In this document: in pieces, positions 1 through 13,030 of the stretch
Numbering within the stretch: the stretch's first letter is position 1
Layout of the letters: every line of letters begins with the position of its first letter
Made by a program: the position numbers and the translations under genes
DNA from: Eledone cirrhosa
Lineage: Eukaryota
Length of the DNA stretch: 64,000 nucleotides
Assembly: GCA_964016885.1 (NCBI GenBank)
Contig: OZ024741.1
Span: 25,730,001-25,794,000, forward strand
Direction of reading: 5' to 3'
The notes under the pieces: model-generated
What the model saw: only the letters and a program-made list of their open reading frames with translations
What the model was told of the DNA's origin: nothing
Databases searched by the model: none

Positions 1-1930
1 CCGACACCAACACCAACACCACCAACACCAACAACAATGCCACCAACACCAACACCACCAACACCAACAACAATACCACCAACACCAACACCAACACCAC
101 CAACACCAACAACACCAACAACAATACCACCGACACCAACACCAACAACACCAACAACAATACCACCGACACCACCAACACCAACAACAATACCACCAAC
201 ACCAACACCACCGACACCAACAACAATACCACCGACACCAACAACAATACCACCAACACCAACACCACCGACACCAACAACAATACCACCAACACCAACA
301 CCACCAACACCAACAACAATACCACCAACACCAACACCAACACCACCGACACCAACAACAATACCACCGACACCAACAACAATACCACCGACACCAACAC
401 CAACACCACCAACACCAACACCACCAACACCAACACCACCAACAACAATACCACCAACAACAATACCACCAACACCAACAACAACACCAACACCAACAAC
501 AACACCACCAACACCAACAACAACAACACCAACAACAACAACACCGACACCAACAACAACAACACCGACACCAACAACAATACCACCAACACCAACAACA
601 ATACCACCAACAACAATACCACCAACAACAATACCGACACCAACAACACCGACACCAACAACAACAACACCGACACCAACAACAACAACACCAACAACAA
701 CAACACCGACACCAACAACAATACCACCGACACCAACACCAACACCAACAACACCGACACCAACAACAATACCACCAACACCAACAACAACAACACCGAC
801 ACCAACAACAACAACACCGACACCAACAACAACAACACCAACACCAACAACAATACCACCAACAACAATACCACCGACACCAACACCAACACCACCAACA
901 ACAACACCGACACCAACAACAATACCACCAACACCAACAACACCACCAACACCAACAACAACAACACCAACAACAACAACACCGACACCAACAACAATAC
1001 CACCAACACCAACAACAATGCCACCAACACCAACACCACCAACACCAACAACAATACCACCAACACCAACAACAACAACACCAACAACAACAACACCGAC
1101 ACCAACAACAATGCCACCAACACCAACAACAATACCACCAACAATACCACCAACAACAATACCACCAACAACAACAACACCACCAACACCAACAACAATA
1201 CCACCAACACGAACAACAATACCACCAACACCAACACCACCAACACCAATACCACCAACACCACCAACACGAACAACAATACCACCAACACACACCACCA
1301 ACACCAACACCACCAACACGAACAACAATACCACCAACACACACCACCAACACCAACACCACCAACACCAATACCACCAACACCACCAACACGAACAACA
1401 ATACCACCAACACACACCACCAACACCAACACCACCAACACGAACAACAATACCACCAACACACACCACCAACACCAATACCACCAACACCACCAACACC
1501 AACAACAATACCACCAACAACAATACCACCAACACCGACAACAACAACAATACCACCAACACCACCAACACCAACACCAACACCACCAACACCAATACCA
1601 CCAACACCACCAACACCAACACCACCAACACCAATACCACCAACACCACCAACACCAACAACAATACCACCAACACCAACAACAATACCACCAACAACAA
1701 TACCACCAACAACAATACCACCAACACCAACACCGACAACAACAATACCACCGACAACAACAACACCGACAACAACAACAACTGCAACACCACTAACTGC
1801 AACAGCAACAACACTAAATGCGGCACCAACAGTGACAACACCAACTGCACCAACAACTGCACTAACAGTGACAACACCAACTGCACCAACAACTGCACTA
1901 ACAGTGACAACACCAACTGCACCAACAAAC
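1..1930. repeat. Compound (ACA/CCA/ATA)n trinucleotide array; gives the Pro/Thr-rich ORF 37..2052
   Basis: Almost only ACA, CCA, ATA and CCG triplets; four copied 'acacac' slips at about 1290-1465 change the triplet phase; ends in a 33-bp repeat (acagtgacaacaccaactgcaccaacaactgcacta). Confidence 0.9.
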
Positions 1931-2060
1931 CAATATGGACTGCAAGGGGGAGGAAACTGGTGTTTTCTTTAAAGACAAACCCCAGCTGGGTTTCTGGTGT
2001 CTCCTTGACTATCAAAAATAAACTCAGATATAATTTTTATGAAAATAAATAGAAAATATA

Positions 2061-3165
<1,105 letters not shown>

Positions 3166-4104
3166 GGATCACAGGTAAGCTAACTAAGAATATAGATTTT
3201 ATATGTGGCCGGTGCTCTGGTGCAATAAGTAGCAGCAAGTGCCCACAAAATACTAGCTCATTCCATTGCACAGATGGTTCTATAGAAATAGTGGACACCT
3301 TCCGTTACCTGGGTGACAAAATCAGCAGTGGGGGAGGGTGCTCTGAAAGTACAGTAGCTAGAGTCAGAACTGGATGGAAAAAGTTCAGAGAGCTTATACC
3401 ACTATTAGCCGCTAAAGGGTTCTCTCTAAAAATGAAAGGCAGGCTGTATGATGCCTGCATACGAACAGCAATGTTACATGGCAGTGAGACCTGGGCATTG
3501 TGTGAAGACTACGTTGGTATGGTCACGTGATGCGCATGAAAGACAACAGCTGTATAAAAAAGTGCAGGGCAATAAAAATAGACGGTAGCCACGGAGTAGG
3601 CAGACCCAGAAAAACCTGGGACGACTTGATAAATTCCGATCTCACACACTTACACCTCTCCAAGACAATGTCACTGGACCGAGATCTTTGGCGCTACACA
3701 GTAATAAAGAAGACCCGCCTTGCCTAAGTACAAAGTGAAACCTACAGTCAGTAGGCACTTCTAACAAATACACCCCCGCCCCACTACCCCCACCCATCCA
3801 CACCACACCTTTCAATGTAAAGTTATGTTGGTACCACAACATCCAGTCCGAAATAAATGAGGTTGTGTAGGTGTCACGACAAAAAACACAGTCCACGCTG
3901 TAATGTGGCCGTGTAGGTAACATAGTAAAAACTTCCCAGTTCCACACTGTAAACGTGGTTGGTGTTAGGAAGGGCATCCAGCCATAGAAAACCCGCCAGG
4001 CAGTCCTATACGAGCAAGACAACCAATCTTGCCTCAAGTGGGAAAATTCCCGTCCAAACCCATGCAAGCGTGGAAGATGGACGTTAAACGATGATGATGA
4101 TGAT
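3166..4104 (+). mobile_element. 5'-truncated RTE-clade LINE: ORF C-terminus, 3' UTR and (GAT)n tail
   Basis: Translates as FICGRC...FRYLGDKISSGGGCSESTVARVRTGWKKFRELIPLL...GRLYDACIRTAMLHGSETWAL, then after an internal deletion RLRWYGHVMRM...GRPRKTWDDLINSDL...DRDLWR. These are typical RTE post-RT motifs. The UTR contains ggttggtgttaggaagggcatccagcc and ends ggacgttaaac(gat)n. Confidence 0.9.
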
Positions 4105-5254
4105 ATTAAACCAAATTTCTTTGTCATATATCTTCATCTCCCTTTTCTCTCAAAGGACAGTAACTATTACATTCATCAGCCACCTATCTAGGATGGACCT
4201 GCATAATGTTGTACTGTTACTATATACATATATACAGTAATACCTTGGTTAATGCTCTAGATATGTTTCTAAAGATGCCTAAATAGAAACACCAGCTTGA
4301 TACGCTATTTTAAACAGTGATATGGACACAAATGAAGATATGTTTAACATATGTTATTAAATTTCAAGTCCTGCTAGAAACAATAGCTTGGTAATAGTAT
4401 GAGTCAAAGAGGAATCTCTCTATAGAGAGTAATTTAATCGACTAGAAATAGCAGTAAAACATCCGAAAATCACACTCTTCCCTCTTAAAAAAAGGATACA
4501 TTGGATAATATAGTAGTTCTAGATAGACAATGTCTGAAGAATAAATAGGATAATTGTTGCTGTTGTATAAATAACAGCACAAATATTGATGGAAATATGA
4601 AAGAAAAAGAAAAAAATAGGATAAAGACAAAACCAAGCAATGAACAGAGAAAGATGGGGTGGGGGGGGGGGGGGGGGGTAAAGAAGGGCAGATTTGACTG
4701 TAGAGGAAAGTAGGAGAAAGGGTTATAAAAGCCATAAATGAGAGCAATAGCAGGGGGAAAAGTGATGCCAATGGAAGAAAGGGAATAATGTTTTATCAAC
4801 TCTTCACAGAATTTTGTTGTTTTCTGTTTCTACCAATATTCTGGTTGTCATAATTCCTTCTGTGCACTGATTTATGTTATGCCTGGGGACATTGTTGATT
4901 CTGTAGTCCTTGGTATATTACCACTTTGAAATCAAACTCAAAAAGGTCCTCAGTCCATCAGTAGTCTGCCACCTGACCTGAGTATGAGCCAGCCCCATCC
5001 CAAAACTATCAAAAATAAAGGGTCTTGGTTGGTTGATACATGGAGGAGGGGAAGACAGATATAGATAACTGTAGAGGAGGAAGTAATTGTGGTGTGTTTT
5101 TTGACAGTTTTTAATAGTTTTGCTGGATAAGGACAGGAAGGAAGGTGAGGGTGGGTAAACAACAACAACAACAACAACATTTAAGGTAAAAATCCAATTG
5201 TATTCCTGATCTGCCTAGAAACAAGGTTACAAGGTCATGTCATTGGAGTTGACA

Positions 5255-5800
5255 TTTTAAGTGTTGTTGTTACTGCAGTTGTGGTGGTGGTGGTAGTTGT
5301 AGTAGTGGTTGTAGTAGTGGCGGTGGTTGTAGTAGTAGTGTAGGAAATAAGAATATGTAAATAAAACAAAAAAAATAAACACAAAAGATCACCCACAGAC
5401 ATATACACACACATAGACTCACGTATACACTTACACACATAGACTCACGTATACACTTACACACACACTCACTCACACACACACACACTCACACACACAC
5501 ACACACACATAAACTATGAGAAATGAAAACTATCTCTTAATCTTGTTAATATAGAAGTTATTGGCCTAAATTTATAAATTTAACACCTCTTTGTAACCTC
5601 CTCTTCAACTGGGACAACTGGACATGTGAAGTGTTATTGGGACAGGAAACAGCTGTATTGATTGGTGGTGGTGGTGGTGGTGGTTAGGTGGTGGTTAGGT
5701 GGTGGTGGTTAGGTGGTGGTGGTTAGGTGGTGGTGGTGGTTAGGTGGTTAGGTGGTGGTGGTTAGGTGGTGGTGGTGGTTAGGTGGTGGTGGTGGTGTAA
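5255..5800. repeat. Microsatellites (GTA/GTG)n, (CA)n and (GGT)n interspersed with TTAGG
   Basis: Direct inspection. Confidence 0.9.
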
Positions 5801-5898
5801 TGATTCCTCTAATAGTAGTCCAATTGTTAAAGTTGTTTCTCTTATTTATTTGGCCTCTGTAAGCTCTTGTGTTATGTAGCTTTATAAACTGTGTTCTA

Positions 5899-6260
5899 GG
5901 CAGTCAGTTGGAGTCATTAGGACATTGGATAGAATGTTTTGTAGTATTCGTTCTGGCTCTCTGGGTTCAAATCCCGTTGAGGTCAACTTTGCCTTTCATT
6001 CATTTGAAGTCAATAAAAAAAGTACCAGTCAAGTACTGGCAATAAAAAAAGTACCAGTCAAGTACTGGGGTCAATTCTTCCTCTGTGTCTCTTTCCCACT
6101 TCCTCTCTCTCACACTCTCTATCCTTCTCTGGAAGAAATCTACTGTATTCAGACCTGGAGAGGAGATGGGTTCCACCAGGTTTAACAATGCCCTTGAAAT
6201 ACTGTATGTCATGATGGTGCCCCTAAGACTCCCTCGGGAGTTACAAAACCATGCTCAAGT
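5899..6260 (+). mobile_element. tRNA-derived SINE with Nin/Deu-like core and 'gacctggagaggagatggg' tail
   Basis: B-box-like gggttcaaatccc, core gaggtcaactttgcctttcat...aagtaccag; homologous to 10157-10860 and 61070-61385. Confidence 0.75.
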
Positions 6261-6264
6261 CGTT

Positions 6265-8499
6265 TGTGTTATTTATGTGGGCTCTGTAAGCCCTGTGTTA
6301 TTTATATGGGCTCTGTAAGCCCCATGCTATTTATGTGGGCTCTGTAAGCCCCGTGTTATTTATGTGGGCTCTGTAAGCCCTGTGTTATTTATATGGGCTC
6401 TGTAAGCCCCATGTTATTTATGTGGGCTCTGTAAGCCCCGTGTTATTTATGTGGGCTCTGTAAGCCCCATGTTATTTATATGGGCTCTGTAAGCCCCATG
6501 TTATTTATGTGGGCTCTGTAAGCCCCGTGTTATTTATATGGGCTCTGTAAGCCCCATGTTATTTATGTGGGCTCTGTAAGCCCCGTGTTATTTATGTGGG
6601 CTCTGTAAGCCCTGTGTTATTTATATGGGCTCTGTAAGCCCCATGTTATTTATGTGGGCTCTGTAAGCCCCGTGTTATTTATGTGGGCTCTGTAAGCCCC
6701 ATGTTATTTATGTGGGCTCTGTAAGCCCCATGTTATTTATGTGGGCTCTGTAAGCCCCGTGTTATTTATGTGGGCTCTGTAAGCCCCATGTTATTTATGT
6801 GGGCTCTGTAAGCCCCATGTTATTTATGTGGGCTCTGTAAGCCCCGTGTTATTTATGTAGGCTCTGTAAGCCCTGTGTTATTTATGTGGGCTCTGTAAGC
6901 CCCATGTTATTTATGTGGGCTCTGTAAGCCCCATGTTATTTATATGGGCTCTGTAAGCCCCATGTTATTTATGTGGGCTCTGTAAGCCCCATGTTATTTA
7001 TATGGGCTCTGTAAGCCCCGTGTTATTTATATGGGCTCTGTAAGCCCTGTGTTATTTATGTGGGCTCTGTAAGCCCCATGTTATTTATGTGGGCTCTGTA
7101 AACCCCATGTTATTTATGTGGGCTCTGTAAGCCCTGTGTTATTTATGTGGGCTCTGTAAGCCCCGTGTTATTTATATGGGCTCTGTAAGCCCTGTGTTAT
7201 TTATGTGGGCTCTGTAAGCCCCATGTTATTTATGTGGGCTCTGTAAGCCCCGTGTTATTTATATGGGCTCTGTAAGCCCCGTGTTATTTATGTGGGCTCT
7301 GTAAGCCCTGTGTTATTTATGTGGGCTCTGTAAGCCCTGTGTTATTTATGTGGGCTCTGTAAGCCCCATGTTATTTATGTGGGCTCTGTAAGCCCCATGT
7401 TATTTATATGGGCTCTGTAAGCCCTGTGTTAATTATGTGGGCTCTGTAAGCCCCATGTTATTTATGTGGGCTCTGTAAGCCCCGTGTTATTTATGTGGGC
7501 TCTGTAAGCCCCATGTTATTTATGTGGGCTCTGTAAGCCCCATGTTATTTATATGGGCTCTGTAAGCCCTGTGTTATTTATATGGGCTCTGTAAGCCCCA
7601 TGTTATTTATGTGGGCTCTGTAAGCCCCGTGTTATTTATGTGGGCTCTGTAAGCCCCATGTTATTTATGTGGGCTCTGTAAGCCCCATGTTATTTATGTG
7701 GGCTCTGTAAGCCCCGTGTTATTTATATGGGCTCTGTAAGCCCCGTGTTATTTATGTGGGCTCTGTAAGCCCTGTGTTATTTATGTGGGCTCTGTAAGCC
7801 CCATGTTATTTATGTGGGCTCTGTAAGCCCCATGTTATTTATGTGGGCTCTGTAAGCCCCGTGTTATTTATGTGGGCTCTGTAAGCCCCGTGTTATTTAT
7901 GTGGGCTCTGTAAGCCCCGTGTTATTTATGTGGGCTCTGTAAGCCCCGTGTTATTTATATGGGCTCTGTAAGCCCCATGTTATTTATGTGGGCTCTGTAA
8001 GCCCCGTGTTATTTATGTGGGCTCTGTAAGCCCCGTGTTATTTATGTGGGCTCTGTAAGCCCCGTGTTATTTATGTGGGCTCTGTAAGCCCCGTGTTATT
8101 TATGTGGGCTCTGTAAGCCCCGTGTTATTTATGTGGGCTCTGTAAGCCCCGTGTTATTTATGTGGGCTCTGTAAGCCCCGTGTTATTTATGTGGGCTCTG
8201 TAAGCCCCATGTTATTTATGTGGGCTCTGTAAGCCCCATGTTATTTATGTGGGCTCTGTAAGCCCTGTGTTATTTATGTGGGCTCTGTAAGCCCTGTGTT
8301 ATTTATGTGGGCTCTGTAAGCCCCATGTTATTTATGTGGGCTCTGTAAGCCCCGTGTTATTTATGTGGGCTCTGTAAGCCCCGTGTTATTTATGTGGGCT
8401 CTGTAAGCCCCGTGTTATTTATATGGGCTCTGTAAGCCCCGTGTTATTTATATGGGCTCTGTAAGCCCCATGTTATTTATGTGGGCTCTGTAAGCTCTG
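6265..8499. repeat. 29-bp minisatellite, about 77 copies (gtgttatttatgtgggctctgtaagcccc)
   Basis: Head-to-tail copies differing mainly at 2-3 positions; no spacers. Confidence 0.98.
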
Positions 8500-8909
8500 C
8501 CAAAGTTTGCCATTAGCCTTTCGTCCCTTCAGGGCAGAGTTGTTAGGGTGGCTTTTACGTAGAGTTATGTGGCTCACTCCTGGGTTGATAAAGTACAAGT
8601 TATATAATGGAGCTAATTCTCTTCTTCCCTCCCACCCCCTCTCCGTCTCTTCCTTCCTGTCTCCCTCTTCCTTCCTTCCTGTCTCTCACTCTCTCTTGCT
8701 TAAATCAGCTTAAAATATGAGGGACACTGGATAATATAGTCATTGATAGACTATGGCTGAATATAAAGTGAGATGGTCATGGTTGGTGTAATTTTCATCA
8801 TATGTCTACCCAATGATGGCAGACCTGGGGTTAAAAAACAACAAAACAATGCAAAAGGTTTTCAGTTTCCTTTCTGTCGGTATTCTGTACGGTAATGCAA
8901 AAAATATTT

Positions 8910-9158
8910 CAAACCCTTCTGATACCAAACGACATGAAGCTGCTCCTGGTTCTGTTATATAGAGTTGTTTGTTTTAAAGTGTTTGTATTTATCTAAAAAA
9001 CCTTCCATCATTGTATGTAAGAACTTTTGTTATGTTACAAACTTAATGAGAGTTAGTTATTTTACTAAACCCCTTCAAATCCTTGATTACTTTCAAAATA
9101 ATTTGAAAATCCTAGTGGGTGGTCTGTTTCATTGGAAATATTGTAAAGAGAGGGTTGA
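8910..9158. mobile_element. AT-rich MITE copy (TTAA-CCC family)
   Basis: Ends aaacccttc...gagggttga; internal similarity to 36345-36606. Confidence 0.6.
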
Positions 9159-9194
9159 TAATGAGAAAGTTAGTTATATTAATAAACCCCACCC

Positions 9195-9545
9195 TAGTAC
9201 TATGGCCCTCAATGCAGAGGATAGGAAGATAAGCAAACACTGAGGCTTATCCAGTCACTTCCTCTTTGTACCAGTCACTGTCAAGACCTCAGGTGTCTTC
9301 ACATCCCTTACAACAGCAGCCTGTCTGAGGAAGGACCCCTGCGAAGTAGGATGGCTGTTACAGCTGACCATTGTCCGCAGAGATGTCTTTGTAATTTTGA
9401 CTGCGGGGCACAGCCGAAACAAGGCTCTGTCCTAGTTGTAAAGTCTACCACCCTCTCCCCTTCCCCCTTTCTTTCTTCTGTTGCCTAATAGTCCTTGCCC
9501 TTCCCCTCCTTTTCCTCTCATTTCTGACATTTATAGTCCTTTCCT
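9195..9545 (+). mobile_element. Dispersed repeat, possibly a Penelope-like 3' end/pLTR
   Basis: Homologous pieces at 59150-59420 (+) and at 4690-4785, 18075-18240 and 43985-44175 (-); carries ctgagga...gaaac. The family assignment is tentative. Confidence 0.45.
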
Positions 9546-10186
9546 CTACTTTCCCATACAGCCAGATCTACTCTTCTTTACCTCTTCCCTCTTTCCCCCT
9601 TTTTTTTCATTTCTTAATTTAATTTTTTTTTTTAATATATTTTCATCATTGCATAACTTTCATTCAATAAATTTAATTCTCTAAAATTCCTGATTATTTT
9701 CAAAATTATTTGATAATCATGAGCAGTATATTTTATTGAAAACATGGTGAGGGTTAAAAAGTTGGTTTCTAACTTGTAAATTATTTAATGTTGCGGTATG
9801 TAGGTTCAATATCATCTCACTGTTACTGATTAGATATCACCTTATCTACATCGTCGTTATCTTTTGTTGGTGTATCAACAGGAAATTTTACTGACCTGAG
9901 GTCATGTAATTTGGGCAGTTATTTATAATCCGCCCCACCCCACACTCCCAAAAGATAGTGTTTAACGAAACTGCTCTTGAAATTCATTATCTTCATTTTT
10001 TATTTGTTTGTTCCTGCAACCAATAAATGTTGCTAACACTCTTGGTTGTTTTCTTAACATTCCACTCTCAATTCTGATAGCAATGTTTCTTCTTATCACA
10101 ATTTTATGTTGTTAGAAATTAGGTTTCAGTTACTAATCTTCTCTTAAGTCATTGCTAGAGGCGGCAAATTGGTAGAGTTGTTAGAA

Positions 10187-10600
10187 TGGTTTCTGATGTA
10201 GGCACAAGGCTAGCAATTTTGGGGGAGGGGAAAGTCGATTAAATCAGCCCTAGTGCATTACTGTGAAGGTGCATGGCTTAGTGGTTAGAGCATTGGGCTT
10301 GCAATCAAAAGGTTGTGAGTTCAATTCTCGAACCGGGTGATGTGTTGTTTCCTTGAGCAAGACACTTTATTTCACGTTGCTCCAGTTTACTCAGCTGTAG
10401 AAATGAGATTATAGGACCGGGGTCCCTATCATTAAATCACCCAAGACACCTTCGAGATATACCTTGTTACTGGTACTTTATTTTATCGACCCCGTAAGGA
10501 TGAAAGGCAAAGTTAACCTCAGCAGGATTTGAACACAGAACATAAAGGTACGTAACTCTATGCTGCAAAGCATGTCCGACACTCTACCAATCCACTGTCC
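10187..10600 (-). mobile_element. Nin/Deu-like tRNA-SINE inserted into the outer SINE
   Basis: ggcacaagg...actggtactttattttatcgaccccgtaaggatgaaaggcaaag...gatttgaac; 9-bp TSD ttgttagaa at 10178-10186 and 10601-10609. Confidence 0.85.
10264..10466 (+). mobile_element. CORE-type tRNA-SINE nested in the middle SINE
   Basis: A box tggcttagtgg, B box gagttcaattctc, CORE-like ccttgagcaagacactttatttcacgttgctccag...aaatgag; 6-bp TSD ttactg at 10258-10263 and 10467-10472. Confidence 0.8.
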
Positions 10601-10918
10601 TTGTTAGAAATGTTAGATAGAATGCTTTGCGGTATTTATTCTGGCTCTCTATATATTCTGAGTTCAAATCCAGATAAAGTTAACTTTACCTTTCGTCCTT
10701 CTGAGGTTGATTAAAAAATACCTGTGCAGTCCAGTGCAGGGAACAGTTTTTTTTTTTTATATATCTCATCTCACCCTCTCTCCATTTCTGGAAAGAAATA
10801 GACTGTGTTCAGACCTAGAGAAGTGATGGGCTCTGCTAAGTTTTTTTTTAAATGCTCAAGAAACGCTTTATAAATACAACATATTGCTAATTTGTTGAAA
10901 CGCTTTATAAATACAACA

Positions 10919-11762
10919 TCTATATATTAATTTGAACAATGTCAGTATTCCGTCATAATTCTCGATTATCATTGGTTCATAGGTTTCAAACGACTCTGCC
11001 CACCTCAACGACGCCAAACTTAAATTAATATGCATAATACCAATGAGGGAGTGAGGGGGGAGAGAGAGGCAAAGTGAACGCTGTGTTTGGATACACTATG
11101 TATATGTATCAGTGTAGAGACATGTGTGTGTGGATATAAGAGGGGAAGGAAAGCAATAACTAGTAACATGTGTGCGTGTGTTCCACAGAAATTAAAAACT
11201 ATCAACGTGTGAGTGTGTGAGTGTGTGTGCGTGTGTGCGTTTCCATGCATGTATGTGTGTGTACGTGCAGCATCCCACAATCGCCACGCAGTTTATCTGT
11301 CTGTGTGCCTGTCTGTCAGTCTAACATACACAGAGTTGTGAAGGGAGTAAGTAGGGACCTTTTTTTACATTGACTGACATCTTTTATATTAATTATCTAT
11401 ATCTATATATAATATAAAAGATTGGAACTTCTATCATCCTTTTGAGAAACGTGGAACAACCACGTCTATGCAATGATACACGTTTTACAGTCAGGCAGAA
11501 GATGACCACCTAGAATAGTGACCTCTCCTAGAGGTCACTATTCTAGGTGGGAGCACCTAAAATTGTTCATATACTATGCACAAATGGTACAATGAAGAAT
11601 GTGGTATATCTGGAAGATTTTTTTTTTACTGTTTTTTATATCACACAGACACCACGGACTCGCTTCATACTGTAACCAGACAAACATCCAATAGTCATTT
11701 TCTCTTTTACCTGCTTTCTCTTATCATCTGTTTACCCGGGCGAAGCTGGGTACGTCAGCTAG
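10919..11762 (+). mobile_element. Non-autonomous Helitron
   Basis: Starts TC after a host A and ends CTAG before a host T; subterminal hairpin acccgggcgaagctgggt at 11734-11751; no TSD. Removing it restores the second of three 37-bp tandem units (aaacgctttataaatacaaca|tattg[c/g]taatttgttg). Confidence 0.8.
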
Positions 11763-12274
11763 TATTGGTAATTTGTTGAAACGCTTTATAAATACAACAT
11801 ATTGCTAATTTGTTGATAACTTTTTTGTTAATCTTTTATTTTATTTATTTATTAGTTTAGAAAAACAGAAAATATTTATTGATTAAAAATTTCATATTGA
11901 GTTGTATAGATTTACAAATGGAGAGAGAACAATAAAAATATAGTGGGAGAGAGAAAAATATGGTGGGGGAGAGAGAGAAACAAATATGGTGGGGGGGGGG
12001 GGGCAGAGAGAAAGAGAAAAATATGGTGGGAGAGAAAAATAAATAGATAAAACAAATCGTTTTTATGAAGTGTCAAGCTATTTTGAATTCTGAATATCTG
12101 TTAGTCCACTGCAAGCTGCTAAAGTATAGGTTTAACTATGAAAAATAGTGAAATAAGTTAGGCATATGAATCCCTTAGAGATGGGAAAAAAGGGAATAGT
12201 GTTATTTGTTGGACTCAAACTGATATTTGCTGTTTACCAGATGAGTATGTTACCATTACATGGAGAAAACTATA

Positions 12275-12457
12275 ATTTCTACTTTTGGCACAAGGCCAGC
12301 AATTATCCCAGTGTATTACTGGTGCTTTATTTTATCGACCCCGTAAGGATGAAAGGCAATGTTAACCTCAGTGGGATTTGAACTCAGACCATAAACGGCC
12401 GTAACTCTTTGTTGTAAAGCATGGCGTCAGACCCTCTACCAATACTGCCAGACCACT
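12275..12457 (-). mobile_element. Nin/Deu-like tRNA-SINE (short subfamily) with 20-bp TSD
   Basis: Exact direct repeat attacatggagaaaactata at 12255-12274 and 12458-12477. Confidence 0.9.
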
Positions 12458-12494
12458 ATTACATGGAGAAAACTATACCGATAGTTGATTACCA

Positions 12495-13030
12495 TAACTG
12501 CCATCACTTAATGGCTGTTTTCTCTGCTAGCAATAGTTGGACAGGTGTCACAGACTGTCAGTACTTAGTCGGGGCTACTGACCTCTCATGTGGGTCAGGA
12601 GCCAGCTTATCATTTCCATCTCCCTGCACTCTTCAGAATGCACTAAGTGTGTTTTATTCTGGTAACAACGTTAGTGAGGTTGTCATGTTTTTGACTCAGC
12701 TGAAAAGTTCTCTCAACTCTTTGTTTAGCAGGTTTTCTATGGCTGGATGCCCTCCTTATCACTGACCACTTTATAGAGTGTACTGTGTGTGTTTATCATG
12801 GAGATCATCAACACTAGAGAGGTTGTTGTACCCTTGTTAAGACTGAAGAGTCCCTTTGACCCATTTTGCCATAGTTTCTACAGCTGGATGCCCTTCCTAT
12901 CACCAGCCACCTTACAGGGTGTACAGACACCAGTACTAAAAAGGCTGCATGTCAAAGCAGGAGGGGCCCCTCAACCCATTTTTGTATTGGGTGTGTTTTA
13001 TTGTACGAACACTAGGGAAGTTTTTGATCA
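12495..13030 (-). mobile_element. Old RTE-type 3' UTR fragments with internal tandem duplication
   Basis: Two degenerate tttcta(t/c)ggctggatgccct motifs at about 12735 and 12876; related to 42246-42500 and 62130-62410. Confidence 0.55.

Larger units (their letters stand above)
10157..10860 (+). mobile_element. Outer SINE (same family as 5899-6260), interrupted in its tRNA head
   Basis: Head ggcggcaaattggtagagttgttagaa resumes at 10601; core and tail (agacctagagaagtgatgggctc) follow. Confidence 0.75.

Noticed and set aside
5663-5797. Interstitial TTAGG telomere repeat
   Set aside because: Isolated TTAGG variants within a (GGT)n microsatellite, not tandem telomeric units.
6265-8499. CRISPR array (29-bp palindromic repeat)
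   Set aside because: No spacers; pure head-to-tail minisatellite.
10264-10336. tRNA gene
   Set aside because: A and B boxes are present but the acceptor stem does not pair, and it continues into a SINE core bounded by a TSD.
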